Below, one piece after another: positions 62,857 to 64,000 of a stretch of DNA of 64,000 nucleotides (its first letter is position 1; each line of letters begins with the position of its first letter). The DNA comes from an uncultured Planctomycetota bacterium (GTDB taxonomy: Bacteria; Planctomycetota; PLA2; JAEUHO01), in contig CAVVXN010000002.1 in assembly GCA_963752285.1 (NCBI GenBank), forward strand, positions 384,001 to 448,000. The letters are read 5' to 3'. Both the position numbers and the translations under genes were made by a program. The notes under the pieces are model-generated. The model was not told the origin of the DNA. It saw only the letters and a program-made list of their open reading frames with translations, and made no database searches.

Positions 62857-63962
62857 TCGGCGTCCGCCGCCACGACCGGTACGTGCTGCGCGCGTTCTGG
62901 AGCGCGTTCGGCGCGGTGCTCGTGTTCTTCACGGTCATCGTGATCGTGATCCACATGTCCGACCGCCTCGCGCGGCTCGTCCGGCACTGGCAGCCCCTTC
63001 GCGACCTCGGCTACCGGCCGCTCGCGATCCTCGCCGAGTACTACGCGACGCTCGTCCCGTTCCTCTGGATGCAGATCGTCCCGCTCGCGGCCGTGCTCGC
63101 CGCCGCGTTCGCGTTGACGCGCCTTACCCGTCACAACGAGCTCGCGCCCGTCGTCACCGCCGGCGTCTCCACGCGCCGGCTGACCCTCCCGATCCTCGTG
63201 GCCGGCGCGGCGATCGGGGGCGCGCTCTTCCTCATGCAGGAGACGATCGCCCCGCGGCTGAACCGCCGGAACCTCGCGCTCGAGCGGCTGATCAACGAGT
63301 CCGATCCGGGCCGCGACACCGAGGTCCCGCACTTCGACGACCCGGGCGGCGCGCGGCTCTCCGTGGCGGCCTTCGACACGAACGACCTCCGGCTCGAGGG
63401 CGCGATCCTCGTCTTCCGAAGCCCCGAGGGCCGGATCGACGAGGTCCGCGCGTACCCCGCGCTCAAGTGGGATCCCGCGGGCCGGTGGATCGCGGAGGGG
63501 GAGGGCACGCGGTACGTACTGCCGCCCGGCGGCGGGGACCCGCAACGCGTCCGCATCCCGGTCACGGAGCCGGTGCCCCTCGAGACCGATCTCGACCTCT
63601 TCGAGGTGAACACGCTCAAGGACGCCGCCCTCGGCCTCTCGACCCACGAGACGGGGGAGCTCGTCCGGGCCGACCCCGACAACCCGCGCATCGTGATGCT
63701 CCACAACCAGCTCTTCGCGCGCGCCTTCGTGCCGTTGGTGCTCCTCCTGTTCGGCCTGCCGTTCTGCCTGGGCCTCGGGCGGCGGAGCGCGATCCCGGGC
63801 ACGATCGCCGTCCTCGCGACGGGCGCCGTCTACTACGCGACCAGCTTCCTCGCCGAGAGCCTGGCGGCGAGCGGGTCGCTCAATGCGGTGTTCCTCGCCT
63901 GGTTCCCGGTGGTCGCGTTCGGGAGCGTCGGGCTCGGGCTCTGGGCCACCATGGACTCGTGA
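62853..63962 (+). CDS. lptG: LptF/LptG family LPS export permease
   Basis: DRYVLRAF, LTRHNELAPVVTAGVS, LAWFP; ATGA overlap. Confidence 0.82.
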   Translation: MIGVRRHDRYVLRAFWSAFGAVLVFFTVIVIVIHMSDRLARLVRHWQPLRDLGYRPLAILAEYYATLVPFLWMQIVPLAAVLAAAFALTRLTRHNELAPVVTAGVSTRRLTLPILVAGAAIGGALFLMQETIAPRLNRRNLALERLINESDPGRDTEVPHFDDPGGARLSVAAFDTNDLRLEGAILVFRSPEGRIDEVRAYPALKWDPAGRWIAEGEGTRYVLPPGGGDPQRVRIPVTEPVPLETDLDLFEVNTLKDAALGLSTHETGELVRADPDNPRIVMLHNQLFARAFVPLVLLLFGLPFCLGLGRRSAIPGTIAVLATGAVYYATSFLAESLAASGSLNAVFLAWFPVVAFGSVGLGLWATMDS

Positions 63963-64000
63963 CGAGCGGGCCGCGCCGGGGCGCGGCCCGACGGCGAATG

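Overview
Very GC-rich bacterial chromosome segment, most likely Planctomycetota (inferred from the L28 insertion GLAKSKGGVGKKITG, FHA/Ser-Thr kinase richness and a Cys/Val/Tyr/Thr-rich secreted repeat protein). The left part (1-26 kb) is mostly housekeeping: nuoM-nuoN, a repeat-tailed ferritin-like gene, thiI, a PEP-CTERM protein, tldD/tldE, an overlapping small-protein/nucleotidyltransferase pair, a peptide-ligase operon (C39-like peptidase, RLAN-RimK, GCS2, MFS), an isocitrate dehydrogenase-family gene, larB, carA, purA, cdsA, phoH, ybeY and a Ser/Thr kinase. About 26.1-49.4 kb is an accessory envelope/stress block: cls, DUF502, DUF2950/DUF3300, a mirror-repeat protein, DUF1328, cyclic beta-1,2-glucan synthase, a degenerate hybrid kinase, an ECF sigma/zinc anti-sigma pair, a DUF2383 lipoprotein and a diadenylate cyclase-domain gene. 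The right part holds rpmB, pcrA, an FHA/sigma-54 cluster, arginase, a tandem Kdo/WaaP-type kinase and lptF/lptG. Best observations: (1) a secreted protein with 13 x 8-aa and 13 x 9-aa repeats covarying in mirror order around a CDPCTG turn, predicting one giant beta-hairpin; (2) an 11-bp motif CGGCATCCAAG with a fixed-distance upstream element before four accessory-block genes, a candidate ECF regulon; (3) a duplicated RBS+signal-peptide cassette on two unrelated genes. Two 1-nt frameshifts look like assembly errors. No rRNA, tRNA, CRISPR array, transposase or integrase was recognised. Domain names come from motif recognition, not database searches.
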